From Vermamoeba vermiformis (Eukaryota), in assembly GCA_045837725.1 (NCBI GenBank), contig JBEWZL010000124.1, positions 124,001 through 188,000 of the forward strand: DNA of 64,000 nt. Direction: 5' to 3'. The position numbers were made by a program, and so were the translations under genes. This document shows positions 50,601-63,500 of the stretch, piece by piece (position 1 is the stretch's first letter; every line of letters begins with the position of its first letter). The notes beneath the pieces are model-generated. The model was not told the DNA's origin and did not search any database. It saw nothing but the letters and a program-made list of their open reading frames with translations.

Positions 50601-53433
50601 ATGCTGTCCCGTATCGTACAACACCAAGACGCGTGCCTCCTCTCCAACAGAAGTCCCTGGATGATCAAATTGAAGACTTGCTGAAGCGTGGTATTATCCG
50701 TAAGTCCTCAAGTCCTTGGGCCTCGCCAATCGTACTGGTTAAGAAGAAGGATGGGTCTTGGCGAATCTGCATTGATTTCCGCATTCTCAATGACAAGACG
50801 AAAAAGGTTGCCTATCCCTTGCAACGAATCGACGCTGCACTCGACGGTATGGCTTACGCGAAGATCCTCTCGTCATTCGATCTTGAGAAGGGCTATTTTC
50901 AACTCAAGCTTCAAGAAGAGGACATTGAGAAGACTGCCTTCGTAGTACCCAACGGCCACTACGAATTTGTGTTCCTGCCGTTTGGTCTGACCAACGCACC
51001 TGCGACTTTTCAACGTGCCATGGACGACCTCTTCCGTGAAGAACTTTTCAAGTTCCTGATTGTTTATTTGGACGATATCATCGTCTATTCAGAGTCATTC
51101 GATCAACACTTGGAACACCTCGAGATTCTATTCAAGAAATTGCAAGAGGCCAATTTGTACCTCAACTCACCCAAGTGTCAACTCTGTCAAGACAAGGTCA
51201 ATTACCTGGGTCACGTCGTCGGATCCAAAGGTATCGAGACTAATGGCGACAAGACCAAGGCTGTCAATAGCATGGAGCCGCCTCGTAACGTCAAACAGCT
51301 GCGCAGTTTCCTTGGAATGGTTGGTTACTATCGCCGCTTCATTCAAGACTTCGCGACTCTCGCCGACCCTCTGCACAGACTGTTGAAGAAAGATGTCCCG
51401 TGGAATTGGAGTCTAGACTGTCAGTATTCGTTCTTAGAACTCAAGAGTCGACTCACCAAGGCCCCAATCCTTGCTTTTCCGCACATGGACAAGCTGTTTA
51501 TTCTGCAAACCGACGCTAGCAACACTGGTATTGGTGCAGTTCTTGCCCAAGTCCAAGATGGCGAAGAAAGAGTGATCGCGTACTACAGTCGCGCCTTGCT
51601 GCCTGCCGAACGCAACTACCACACCACTGACCTCGAGTGTCTCGCCGTCGTCGCTGCTCTGAAACACTTTCGCTGTTATTTGCTTGGCAGTGAATTCGAA
51701 GTGTTTACTGACCACTCTGCGCTGACTACTTTTCTGACTCGCAAACAAACCTCTGCCAGACTCCTGCATTGGGCTCTCGAACTCGCTGAGTTTGGTAATT
51801 TCAAGATCAGTCACCGTTCTGGCACCAAGAATGCCAACGCTGATGGGCTCTCGCGCCTGGGTTCTGAGCGCGAAGACCAGCCTCGTGTCAATCACGCTGT
51901 TAGGACTATCAAGCCCTGTCAACTGTTTGTCTTGCATGGCACGAAGGATCGTCCTAGCTCAGTACAACTCAACTACGGAGAAATCTCGCAACTTCAACGC
52001 GAAGACGTTTGGCTGAATCATATCTACGAGAGCATCGTCAATAGCAAAGTGCCTGACGACCCTGATGTAGCCAAAAGCGTTGCTGCTCAAAGAGACCTCT
52101 ACGTACTTGAAAATCAAGTCCTGCATCGCATCTACTCTGTCGAATCCAGTCACCGCCGTCACGAGACTCGCAAGCTCGTTGCTGTTCCACGCAGTCAAGT
52201 CCCGACCATTCTCAACGCGATGCACTGCAATGTCGAAGGCTCCCACCTTGGCATTGACCGTACCTACGAGAAAATTCGTCTGCACTTTCATTGGCCGTCA
52301 ATGTATGGTGACATACGCCGCTTCGTTAAGGAGTGCGCGACTTGCGCAAAGAAGAAGCCGCCTGTGCGTTCCCCTGCTGGCCTGTTGATGCCAATCCGAG
52401 CTGCTGGACCATGGGACACTGTTGGTGTCGATATCCTTGGCCCCTTGCCCATCACTCAGTCCAAGCACCGCTATATTGTCGTTTTTACCGACTACCTGAC
52501 CAAATGGGTCGAAGCTTTCCCCATGAAGGACGCTGACGCAAAGACCCTGGCTCGTATATTCGTCATGGAGATCATTTCTCGCCACGGAGCGCCTCGCAAG
52601 CTCATCTCTGATCGTGGTTCAATCTTCCTGTCAGAACTCAGCACTGCTATTTACGAATTCATGAATATCAAGAAGCTGTTTACGACTCCGTACCACCCCC
52701 AGACCGATGGTCTCACGGAGCGATTCAACAAGACTATTGCGCAAATGTTGACAGCTTACGTCGATCTGCATCAGACTAATTGGGATCAAATCCTGCCGTT
52801 AGCGCTACTTGCGTACCGCACTGCCCGTCAATCCTCGACAAGAGAGACTCCATTCTTCATGACCTATGGTCGCGATGCCTTTTTGCCGCTCAATCGTATT
52901 TACCCGTCAGAATTGGATGAAGAGTACTCTCCCGACGAGTATACTTTCAAATTACTCGAGAACCTGAAGGCTGCATTTAAAATGGCTGATGTTAACGAAG
53001 ACACTGCCAAGGCTGCTCAAGAACGCAACTATAACCCTGGACGGTGACATTTGAAGTCGAACAACTGGTTTGGTACTATTCTCCGAAGCGTGTCAAGAAT
53101 CAAGTTCAAAAGTTAAGCCCACTTTGGACTGGACCGTACCTCGTCGCTCAACAGCTCAGTCCTGTCGTCTATTTGATTGAAGACATTGACACTGGCAAGA
53201 AATTTGCTGCGAACATTCAACGACTCAAATCGTGCGAAATTTCATACGCTGAAGCGAAGAAACTCCGCCTTCGAGGCCTGCAACTACGCGACTCAGCTCA
53301 AAAGGGGGAGAAGATTCCTGAAGAATTGACCCCTACGGAACAGAAATTTTTAGAACAAGTTGAAGCCATGGACAAGTTCGACCTGTTTGACAAAGCTGAA
53401 TCTGATCCGTCAAATTCAACATCCGTCAAACAA
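47695..53433 (+). CDS. Gag-Pol polyprotein with two frame breaks (near 48420 and near 53044)
   Basis: Zn knuckle CHYCKQLGHYKSDC, protease LLDSGS, RT LPFGL and YLDD, RNase H LQTDAS, integrase HHCC and DD35E core, GPY motif WTGPY in ORF 53044. Confidence 0.93.
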
Positions 53434-54572
53434 GGGAGGAACTTTTTTAAGGGGCAAAATGGTACGATTATTAATGATCATATGATCAACTTTACAAAAT
53501 CATTTCCCATCATATGATGGCTGCAGTTTATCATATGATAAATTTATGCAAGCCCAAGCAACCCCTGGGCAGGATTTCACCAGGGCACGTGCGCGGAGCT
53601 TAATCGTTGCATGTTCAACAAGTCACTCCCGAGTTTAACACAACCCTCAATACATGATATCATTTTTCGTTTATATAACCTGCTACACTAAGCATTCACC
53701 TTTCACCAACGTGAGGATGCAATGCGTAATTCGAGATGGGCCTTTGATTCAGCTCTGTGGCAACTGCAGATCATAATCTCCTCGTGCAAGTATGATAAAA
53801 AATATGCACTTACTAATTGCACTCAATTTTGAGAAGATCCAAGCTGAATTGCCGGTTTGGATTTTGATTTAATTATTTTAAATTTTCTTTCTTTGGCCAC
53901 AAAATTATTTTCATTATCATTCATTAGCCATCACCACCCAGTAAATAAGCAAATTTTAAAATAAGACTAATTTTGAATAATTTACCGAGCATTACCTCAT
54001 CTCATCCGTAACGGTCAAATAATTTTATTAAATCTGAAAAATTGTCTGAAGATTCACCATTTTTCCCCAATTTCATTATCATATTTCCACTATCATTACT
54101 ATCTAAAATTCACACAGGAGTGCTGGAAAACACTGCAAATACTTGAGATCTGAGTGCGCGCACCGATCATGAGGTTCAAGCGGTATTGTTTGTTTTGTAG
54201 TATTATCGGCAATTTAGATTAAAATGTGATAAAAAATTATACAGTGGAATCCACTCCCAAAAGCCCAAGCCATGAATTAGTTATTTAATTAGCAAATTCA
54301 CATCTGGCTTAGATGTTGATGAGTTCACCAAATGCAATCTTACCGGTAAACTACGGAACACTTGTGAAGAATTTTAACAATGTAAACAAGCTATGCATGC
54401 TTGTCTGTTTAACATCAAACTAGAAGGGCATAAAATGGCACTGGCTCGTTAGGCCTACCCACGTGCCACACCACGAGACAATTTGAGCATATGATCGATT
54501 TTATCATATGATGGCACTTATCATATGATCATTAATAATCGTACCATTTTGCCCCTTAAAAAAGTTCCTCCC
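53434..54572. mobile_element. Non-autonomous TIR element (1139 bp, Mutator/Merlin-like) nested in the Gypsy pol 3' region
   Basis: Perfect 53-bp TIRs at 53434-53486 and 54520-54572 (GGGAGGAACTTTTTTAAGGGGC...). 9-bp TSD GTCAAACAA at 53425-53433 and 54573-54581. Repeated palindrome ATCATATGAT near both ends. Confidence 0.95.
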
Positions 54573-54962
54573 GTCAAACAAGAAGCTGAAATTTCTGCGG
54601 AAAATGCTGCTATTGAGCAAATCACTAAAGAAGAGGCTGAATTCATCGTGTCTCCTGAAGACGAAGTATTCCCGATAGTTCCGACTAAGGTCAGTCATTT
54701 CTTTGACGCATTATTCCGAATGTACACGACATTCCGCGACATTTCTACGTTCAAGATTAACAAAATGGCCCAACAACTCGATCAGTTCTTTGATAAGCCG
54801 TTTATTATGGGTTCTACAGAACGAAAGAAACTCCTCGCCGAATTGAAGACTGCTAAGAAGTCCCGATCCGCTCTTTTGAAATTCCTCTTGGATTGCACTA
54901 GCAATTTCATGATTAAATTTGCTAGTAGCATTGATCGCCACCCTGACATACCGTCCGCCTAA
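54573..54962 (+). CDS. Distal remainder of the Gypsy Pol C-terminal extension
   Basis: Removing the TIR element and one TSD joins STSVKQ to EAEISAEN... in frame. TAA at 54960-54962 overlaps the PPT start. Confidence 0.8.
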   Translation, partial: VKQEAEISAENAAIEQITKEEAEFIVSPEDEVFPIVPTKVSHFFDALFRMYTTFRDISTFKINKMAQQLDQFFDKPFIMGSTERKKLLAELKTAKKSRSALLKFLLDCTSNFMIKFASSIDRHPDIPSA

Positions 54963-54973
54963 AGGGAGGTGAG
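54961..54973 (+). other. Polypurine tract
   Basis: AAAGGGAGGTGAG immediately before the 3' LTR. Confidence 0.85.
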
Positions 54974-55147
54974 TGCGACGATCCAATGTCGCTTTGGAAA
55001 TTCCGTTTTCCTAAAATAGAAATATTAGTTTGTAAACCGTTTTTGTATCGTTTTCGTATTTCGAATAAAGCACCACAACAGGTATTTTCTTACCTATTGT
55101 CTGTCTCCGTACTGATCTGATCCGTGAAGATAGTCTGCATCTTCATA
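54974..55147 (+). repeat. 3' LTR
   Basis: Identical by eye to 47454-47627. Confidence 0.95.
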
Positions 55148-55747
55148 ACACCCCATCGATTGCTGGATTTGCAGTGAAGTCAATCACGTAGCTCGCATGT
55201 TGCACCTCGTGCTCATAAGTAGTAGGCTTATTGACGTCTCTATATTGATGTTAGCACTAACATAATTTTCACGTACGGACCATAACAGTCACTTTATACC
55301 CTGCTTCTCTATATATGCAAAAAGATTAGTACGCCATTAGTTGGTTTCACTGACAAGACAAATTACCTTAAGGCGATCGCAACAGCACTTCCGATGAATC
55401 CAGCTCCAGCAATAAAAACAGTTGCCATGTTCTGCTTACTTTATACTTTTGTATTGTATTTATATATAAGCATTAAGCTTCAAGTTCGTTATTTAAAGAG
55501 TCTCGGAAAAACGGTTCCGCTTGATCTAAATCGCCGAAGCGGCGAATCGGAACAGTGAATCTTCTAGAAATGCAAGTCAATGCTGGACAACACAAAGTCG
55601 TAACGAGCAATTTTTTAAGGAAAAAATGCCTCAATTGGCTATGTGAGGTATAAAATAATGCATAAAATGATGTTGCATTAATCGCATTACAGACCAGATC
55701 CGATCAATTAAGCAATTAATTAAACAATATTATGATGTTTTTTTACC

Positions 55748-58700
55748 TTATTTAGTGCTCAAATACACAGTTTCAATTGTTCTTACGACTTCACCAATGA
55801 GTGGTCTGTCGTTCGGTTCTTGCGCCCAACACTGCGAAATCAACTTGCTAATTTGATGCGGGCAGTCTTGCGGCACGGTCATTCTTTTGCCTTGCAGAAC
55901 AAATTCAGCCACGTCCCAGCTGTACTTGAACTCTTTGTATGGCTCGTCTTGTGTTATAATGGCCCAGAGCAACACGCCGAAACTGAAAATATCTGCGCTT
56001 CGGGCGTAATTTTCATTTTTCAAAATTTCTACAGAGAAACCAAAATTAGAAAAATATGAAATTTGTTCGTGAAAAAGACGTAAATGAAAATAAAATATTG
56101 CCAAAGATAAGTTTTTTTTTGGTTTTTTGATACGTACCTACGGCCATATAAATAGGTGTTCCAACGCCCTTTGTGAACTTCGAAGTGACCGAGTCTGACA
56201 CTGATCGTGCAGTACCAAAGTCTGCAAGTTTGACATTGACAATGGCGTCTTTTGAAGTTGACACGACTAATGCATTTTCAGGCTTAATGTCACGATGCAA
56301 AATATTGTTCAAATGTAAGAATTGCAACGCTTCAGCGATATCGAGTGCCAACTTGAGCTTGAACTTCATATCTAACTGTTGCTTCTGTAATAAATGTTTC
56401 AAATCTCCGTTGGTGATAAACTCGGTCAAAATCGCTCTTTTGCCTGTGACACGTGACGCACCGATAAACTGCACGATTGACTTGTGATGCAAGTTCATCA
56501 TCATGCGCACTTCTTGCTCGAACTCACGTGTAATCTCCTCGCCGAGATCTTGCATCTAAATTAGGAAAGTTTAGTACCAGGTGAAATTTCGAGTTTTGCG
56601 AGTGCCTTACTTTGAGCGTCTTGAACGCAACTCGCTGACCACGATACATCGCCTTATAAACAGCACCGAATCTACTCGTCATTAGTAACACTATGTAATA
56701 TGAATCAATAAGCTACTCACCCTCCTTCGCCAATCGCATCGCCTTCAACTTGTACCTCGTCAACATCGATCCACGGCGAATGTTCGCTTGCTGCATCGAA
56801 TTCAATCAGAGAATATATTTCTTCTTCAGGCAGCTCTATCCAGAGTGACACTTGACATTTTGTTGTCATTTTCATTGTCAGCACAAGTTCGACTTCGGTA
56901 CTTCCGCCGTCAGGCACTTCGAACACTTGTGGCGTTGCAATGAGGTTGTATTTGGGCGATATAATTGGTCTGATTTGAACGACAGTGCGGTGCTGTACGA
57001 GTTTGTCGTAAAGAGATCCGACGCTGATCACTTTGGACTTACGAAGTGACACGGTAAAACTATCCCGCACTACCTTATCGACAATCAATAGATTGCCTTT
57101 GGTGCCAAATTTGAAGCTTGTTTTTGACAGCTTGATAGGCAAGTCATCGGGCAGCTTGAATGTGAACTCTTCTGGCGGCGCGGAGTTGTTTTTGACATGT
57201 GACGATGATAGCGTCAACATTTCGACACGGGACTTGAGCTGTTCTTCTCGCTTTTTTCGCGCTCGCACGATAACTATGAGCAAGATCGTGGCTGCAATAA
57301 GAAGTGTTCCAAGAGGCACTGTTAAGCCAACTACTAACGCTATTGACGTCTCAGTTGGGCAACTCATCATGACTGTGATTGTTTTTCCGACAGTTCTGAT
57401 TGACGAAGAATGGCACGAACGTCCTTCGCTTGAAATCTTCATCAAGGAGTCGATTTGACTGCCACCACACGTCGTAGTGATGGAAAAGACAGGCGATTCA
57501 GCCTCAGACTCGGTCATGTCGAACACCATCTCGCCTTCAAACTGCATGCAATCAAGTATCAGGGCATCTTTGTTGCGCACCACGAGCTTGGCATTAGGCT
57601 CAACGATCAAATCTGATAAAAGTTGTTATGTTAGGTCTGCGGCAAGTGTTGATGAGACTTACTGTGAAAAGCTGCTACATTATGAAGGGTTGATAGTGAT
57701 GACGTCGCTCCTGAGTGCACGAAAAGTGTTGATTTGGCAGGACAGTAAGCTGTTTCAACGATTATTACCAAATACAGTAAACAGTTGTGTTTTGATCGTG
57801 TACCGTCATAACAATTGAACTCTTCCAAGGCACAACAAAAAGCATTGCCGTCAATACTGCATTGATTAGACCCCTCTGTGAAGGTCGATGGAAGCGCCAA
57901 ACATCCACGAAGCAAATTGTCACGAACGTGGATCTGCTGCAGAGCTCTCATGCTACTCATCGCTGGCAACGTGCCACTGAACCAGTTCGATGATAAATCT
58001 CTAAGGTATTATATAGATATTAGTACAAAGTTGCATGACTAAAATATACTGTACGTACAATTTCATCAAAGTTTGCATTGTAGCAATTCCGTTAGCAATT
58101 GTGCCGTTCAAGTCATTATTAGACAAGTCCCTATATTATAATATATTAATAAATGAGGTCATAATGCAAGGTATTTACGTACAAGACTTTCAGGGGAAGG
58201 TCGAAAAGTTCGGGCGGGATCGTGCCAGTGAAGGTGTTGTTAGCCAAGTGCAACTCTTGTAAGCGGAATAATCGCGACAACGTTAATGGCAGTGTGCCAC
58301 TGAAGCCATTGTTATCAAACTGCGCCATATTAAGGGAGATTAGCTGGTTAATCGACTCTGGAATTGTCCCACTAAATCCATTGTTTTCCAGTTTTAAAAT
58401 CCGAAGCAGTCCTCGTGTAGTTAATGTTGGCGGGATCGTTCCAATAAAATTGTTGTTGCTAAAGTCCACTTCAGCGATAGTATCCATATAATCAAACATA
58501 TTCAATACGGTTCCGGTCAGCTGGTTGTTAGAAAGGTTGATAGAACGCAGTCTAGTCATTAATCTGTAAGTCATTGGCACTGTTCCAGTCAGCTGATTGT
58601 CGTTCACAGTGAAGAATACAAGCTCTGCAGGGAGAAAATTGGGTGATTCGAATGAAGGCAATGGACCCGAAAATCTGTTGCCGCCAAGTACCAAATCACC

Positions 58701-60197
58701 CAACCTTCGGTTTCTTCCAAGCGCTCTGGGAATGGTGCCAATCAAGTTATTGTTGTTTAGCAAGAGGCTTCTGATCGATGCGAATGTTCCAAATGACTCG
58801 GGAATGACGCCGCTAATTCGATTGTGCGACACTGCAAAAGTGACTAAAGATGACATTCGTGCTATGCTCGGTGGCAACGTTCCGGTGAGATTGTTTATCA
58901 CTAAGTTGAGAGTCTGTAGTAGTTTCAGATTTCCAATTGTCTCGGGAATAGGACCTTCTAGTTGGTTTCTGTAAGCGTTGAAAACCTGCAGGCCGGTGAG
59001 CTGTCCAACGCTCGCAGGAATTGTTCCAGAAAGTCTGTTGACGCTCAATAAGAGTTGTTGTAGCATAGTTAGCCGGCCAATGTCATTTGGTATCGTTCCA
59101 GTTAACTCGTTGTTTTCTGCTTGGAGCCAAAGTAACTTGCGTAGATTCGTGATCGAGTTCGGAAGTGTTCCGCTGAGCCGGTTTCTGGACGCCAAAAAAT
59201 GAGTCAATCCAACCATATTACCAATGTCATCTGGTATTGTGCCACTAATCTGATTGTCTGCAATTAAAAATTGTGTCATGGTGGTGAGCTGCGTAACAGA
59301 TTTGGGGATCGTGCCGGTCAAACTGTTTCCAATGACTTCAAAGCGCACTAATGACTTTAATTCTCCAACGGACTCAGGTATGGTACCACTAAGCCGATTG
59401 TACGCAAGGTCGAACGCCATCAGATTTTGTAAGTGGTTGATCTTGTCGGAGATCGTCCCGGAAAGTTCATTGTGTGCTGCGCCGAAGTACGTGAGATTTG
59501 TTTGATAAATAGATTCTGGTATTGTTCCACTGAGTTCATTTCGCGACAAATGTAATTCTTGAATTTTTTTAAGCTGTCCAAGTTCTGGTGGTATCGAGCC
59601 TGTCAATTTGTTCCCCGCTAGGAAAATGATCTCCAAGTCTGCATTTGCTGCTAGTGACGCTGGAATTGTTCCTTTTAATTGATTCGTGTTTAGCAGAAGA
59701 CGCTGGAGGCGAGGAACTCCGCTAAAATCCGGTATGGTGCCAGAAAATTGATTGGAGGATAAATAAATATAAAATAAATTCGGTAAATTAATCCATGTTG
59801 GTATTATTCCACTAAGCTGATTTCCACCAAGCCAGAGTCGTTGAAGCATTGACAAATTTTTGATCGACTCGGGAATTGTTCCCGATAAGTGGTTACCTTC
59901 TAAATTGATAACGTCAAGCATCAATAAATTGCCAATTGATTCCGGAAGCGTTCCAGTCAGTTGGTTGCTTGGCAGAATGAGCTGGACGACGCGCGAGTTG
60001 AGGCACGCGATCCCCGCCCAAAAACAGGCTGAAACATTGTTTGAAAGCCAATTATCTGATCGAAGCCAATATTGTCCATTTGTGGAGTGGTAAAGTTGAG
60101 TTAATATTGCACGCTCTTCCTCTTGTGGATCGCATCGTGCGCAATTTGTCAAAAATAAAACAAATACTACCAACACACGTTTAAATGATGCGTTCAT
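55748..60197 (-). CDS. LRR receptor-like kinase (TKL group), copy 1, complete
   Basis: Signal peptide, LRRNT_2 cap (LYHSTNG..W...C.WAGI.C), more than 20 LxxNxLsGtIP repeats, TM helix, juxtamembrane beta domain, kinase GEGGFG, HRDIKPEN, DFG, GTPIYMA, DIFSFG. Confidence 0.92.
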
Positions 60198-60515
60198 CTT
60201 GCAGTCATGCTTATGGTATCTGTAATGAAGATCGTTACAAACGAAGAATGATTGAGAGGATATGTGACAGGTATTCGAGGCAATCACAACGTTTTACGTT
60301 TGACACCATTTTAAATCTAAGCAAGCTTCCTGAACAATCTCAAAGTCGTAACGAACCAATTTTTTAAGGAAAAAATGCCTCAATTGGCTATTTGTGACTT
60401 ATGAAGATAAAGAACAAATAATTTTGCACGAATTGCATTGGTTTGGTTCACTTTTTAAGTCCCAGATCTACGATTACTATGATGCAATTAAACAATATTA
60501 TGATGTTTTTTTGCC

Positions 60516-63500
60516 TTATTTGGTGCTCAAATACACAGTTTCAATTGTTCTTACGACTTCACCAATGAGTGGTCTGTCGTTCGGTTCTTGCGCCCAACAC
60601 TGCGAAATCAACTTGCTAATTTGATGCGGGCAGTCTTGCGGCACGGCCATTCTTTTGCCTTGCAGAACAAATTCAGCCACGTCCCAGCTGTACTTGAACT
60701 CTTTGTATGGCTCATCTTGTGTTATAATGGCCCAGAGCAACACGCCGAAACTGAAAATATCTGCGCTTCGGGCGTAATTTTCATTCTTCAATATTTCTAC
60801 AGAAGCCAAAATTAGAAAAATTTAAAACTATTCGTGAAAAAGCCGTAAATGAATGCTCAGAAAAGAAAAATATTGCCAAAGATAAGTGTACGTGCCTACG
60901 GCCATATAAATAGGTGTTCCAACGCCCTTTGTGAACTTCGAAGTGACCGAATCTGACACTGATCGTGCAGTACCAAAATCTGCAAGTTTGACATTGACAA
61001 TGGCGTCTTTTGAAGTTGACACAACTAACGCATTTTCAGGCTTGATGTCGCGATGCAAAATATTGTTCAAGTGCAGGAACTTCAATGCTTCAGCGATATC
61101 GAGTGCTAGTTTAAGCTTGAACTTCATATCTAACTGTTGCTTCTGTAATAAATGTTTCAAATCTCCGTTGGTGATAAACTCGGTCAAAATCGCTCTTTTG
61201 CCTGTGACACGTGACGCACCGATAAACTGCACGATTGACTTGTGATGCAAGTTCATCATCATGCGCACTTCTTGCTCGAATTCACGTGTAATCTCCTCGC
61301 CGAGATCTTGCATCTAAATTAGGAAATGTTTTAGTAGCGCCCGGGAAATTTCGAGTTGCGGGTGCCTTACTTTGAGCGTCTTGAACGCAACTCGCTGACC
61401 ACGATACATCGCCTTATAAACAGCACCGAATCTAATTGTCGTTAGTAATGATATGATATATGAATTAATACGCTACTCACCCTCCTTCGCCAATCGCATC
61501 GCCTTCAACTTGTACCTCATCAACATCGATCCACGGCGAGTGTTCACTTGCTGCATCGAATTCAATCAGCGAATAGATTTCTTCTTCAGGCAGCTCTATC
61601 CAGAATGACACTTGACACTTTGTTGTCATTTTCATTGTCAGCACAAGTTCGACTTCGGTACTTCCGCCGTCAGGCACTTCGAACACTTGTGGTGTTGCAA
61701 TGAGGTCGTATTTGGGCGATATAATTGGTCTGATTTGAACGACAGTGCGGTGCTGTACGAGTTTGTCGTAAAGAGATCCGACGCTGATCACTTTGGACTT
61801 GCGAAGTGACACGGTAAAGCTGTCCCTGACCGGGTGATCAACAATCAACAGATCACCTTTCGTGCCAAATTTGAAACTCGTCTTTGACAGCTTGATCGGC
61901 AAGTCATCAGGCAGTTTGAACTTGAACTCTTCTGGTGGCGCCGAGTTGTTTTTGACATGTGACGCGGACAGTGTCAACATTTCGACACGTGACTTGAGTT
62001 GGTCTTCTCGTTTTCTTCGTGCACTCATAGTGACTATGAGCAGGACCATGGCTGCAATAAGAAGTATGCCAAGCGGTACTGTCAAGCCAACCACTAACGC
62101 TATTGATGTCTTGTCTTGTGGACAGCTCAAAGTGAACGTGATTGTTTTGGAGACGGATCTGATGGACGGTGAATGGCAGGCACGTCCTTCACTCGATATC
62201 TTCATCATAGAATCAAAATTACTGCCGCCACATGTTGTCGTGATATAAAACACTGGTGTCTCTACTTCTGACTCGGCCATGTCGAACACAATCTCGCCTT
62301 CAAATTGCATGCAATCAATGACCAGAGTGTCTTTGTTGCGTACCACGAGCTTGGCGTTAGGTTCAACAATCAAATCTGAATGAACGAAGGAACTTTAGTA
62401 AGTGATCGGATCAGATTCGCTAGTGGGTCGGACTTACTATGAAACGCCGCCAAGGTATGTATATCCGATAGTCTTAACGTTGTTCCTGAATGTACATAAA
62501 GCGTTGACTTGGCTGGACAATGAGCTGTTGTTTGGCGGTTAGTACCAAAAAAGACAGACCGGATGCGTCGATTCAGTACGTACAGTCGTAGCACTTGAAT
62601 TCCTCTGTAGAGCAACAAAACGCATTTCCATCAATATTACATTGGCTGGCTTCACTTTTGAAGGTCGAAGGTAGCGCCAAACATCCGCGAAACAAATTGT
62701 CTTGGATGTGAAGCTGTTGAAGTGTTCTCATATTGTTCATCGCTGGCAACGTGCCAGTAAACCAATTCGAAGAAATATTACTTAAATATCGTTAGTATGA
62801 CACTAGTAGCGTTTGTATTAGTATTACTTACAGTTTTCTCAAATTTTGCATCGAAGTTATTCCGTGCCCTATTGTACCATTCAAGTTGTTGTTAGACAAG
62901 TCCCTAAATATTATACGTTAGTATGTGTAACTTAAGGCGATACATTCAACGTACAGCTCGGCTAGAGGCAGTTCGAAAAGTTCGACCGGGATCGTGCCAG
63001 CGAGGTCATTGTTGGCCATGTGCAGCTCTTGCAAGCGAAACAATCGAGACAGCGTTGATGGAAGTGTACCACTGAACGCGTTATTGTCAATTTGAACGTA
63101 GTTCAGAGAACTTAATTGTCCAAATGACTCCGGAATCGTGCCGCTGAATCGATTGTTGTCGATCTTTAAAATTCGTAGTAGACCTCTTGTAGTCAATCCT
63201 GGCGGGATAGTTCCGATGAACTTGTTGTCACTTAAGTATAGTTCAGCAATAGTGTTGGTCAAATCAAATAAATGCAACACAGATCCGGTCAGCTGATTGT
63301 TCGACAAGTCGACAGTGCGCAATCTGTTCAGCAACCCGTAAGTGATGGGTACGGTGCCTGTCAGTTGATTGTCATTTGCAGTGAAGTAGCCAAGCCCTGC
63401 GGGTAGAAATCCGGGTGATTCGAATGAAGGCAAAGGACCCGAAAGTCTGTTGGCGCCAAGTGTCAGATCCGTCAATCGTCTGTTTCTTCCGAGTGCTCGA

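Larger units (their letters stand above)
47454..55147 (+). mobile_element. Full-length Ty3/Gypsy LTR retrotransposon, 7694 bp including the nested insertion
   Basis: Two identical 174-bp LTRs, 4-bp TSD ACAC (47450-47453, 55148-55151), PBS, PPT, domain order gag-PR-RT-RH-IN. Confidence 0.97.
46569..55428 (-). pseudogene. NAD-dependent epimerase/dehydratase (extended/atypical SDR) gene disrupted by the Gypsy insertion
   Basis: MATVFIAGAGFIGSAV at 55428; FIYTSGIFVYG, VVRPGWVYG and SYVHVSDLADAY lie left of the element. Removing the element and one TSD restores ...PAIDGVSGKKSTETLL in frame. Stop at 46569. Confidence 0.88.

Noticed and set aside
53040-53050. Stop-codon readthrough or a separate env-like ORF after pol
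   Set aside because: The downstream ORF is in another frame and encodes the integrase GPY module, so this is a frameshift lesion.
58146-60000. Periodic ~72-bp repeats as a CRISPR-like or DNA repeat array
   Set aside because: The periodicity is the 24-aa LRR coding unit; there is no repeat-spacer structure.
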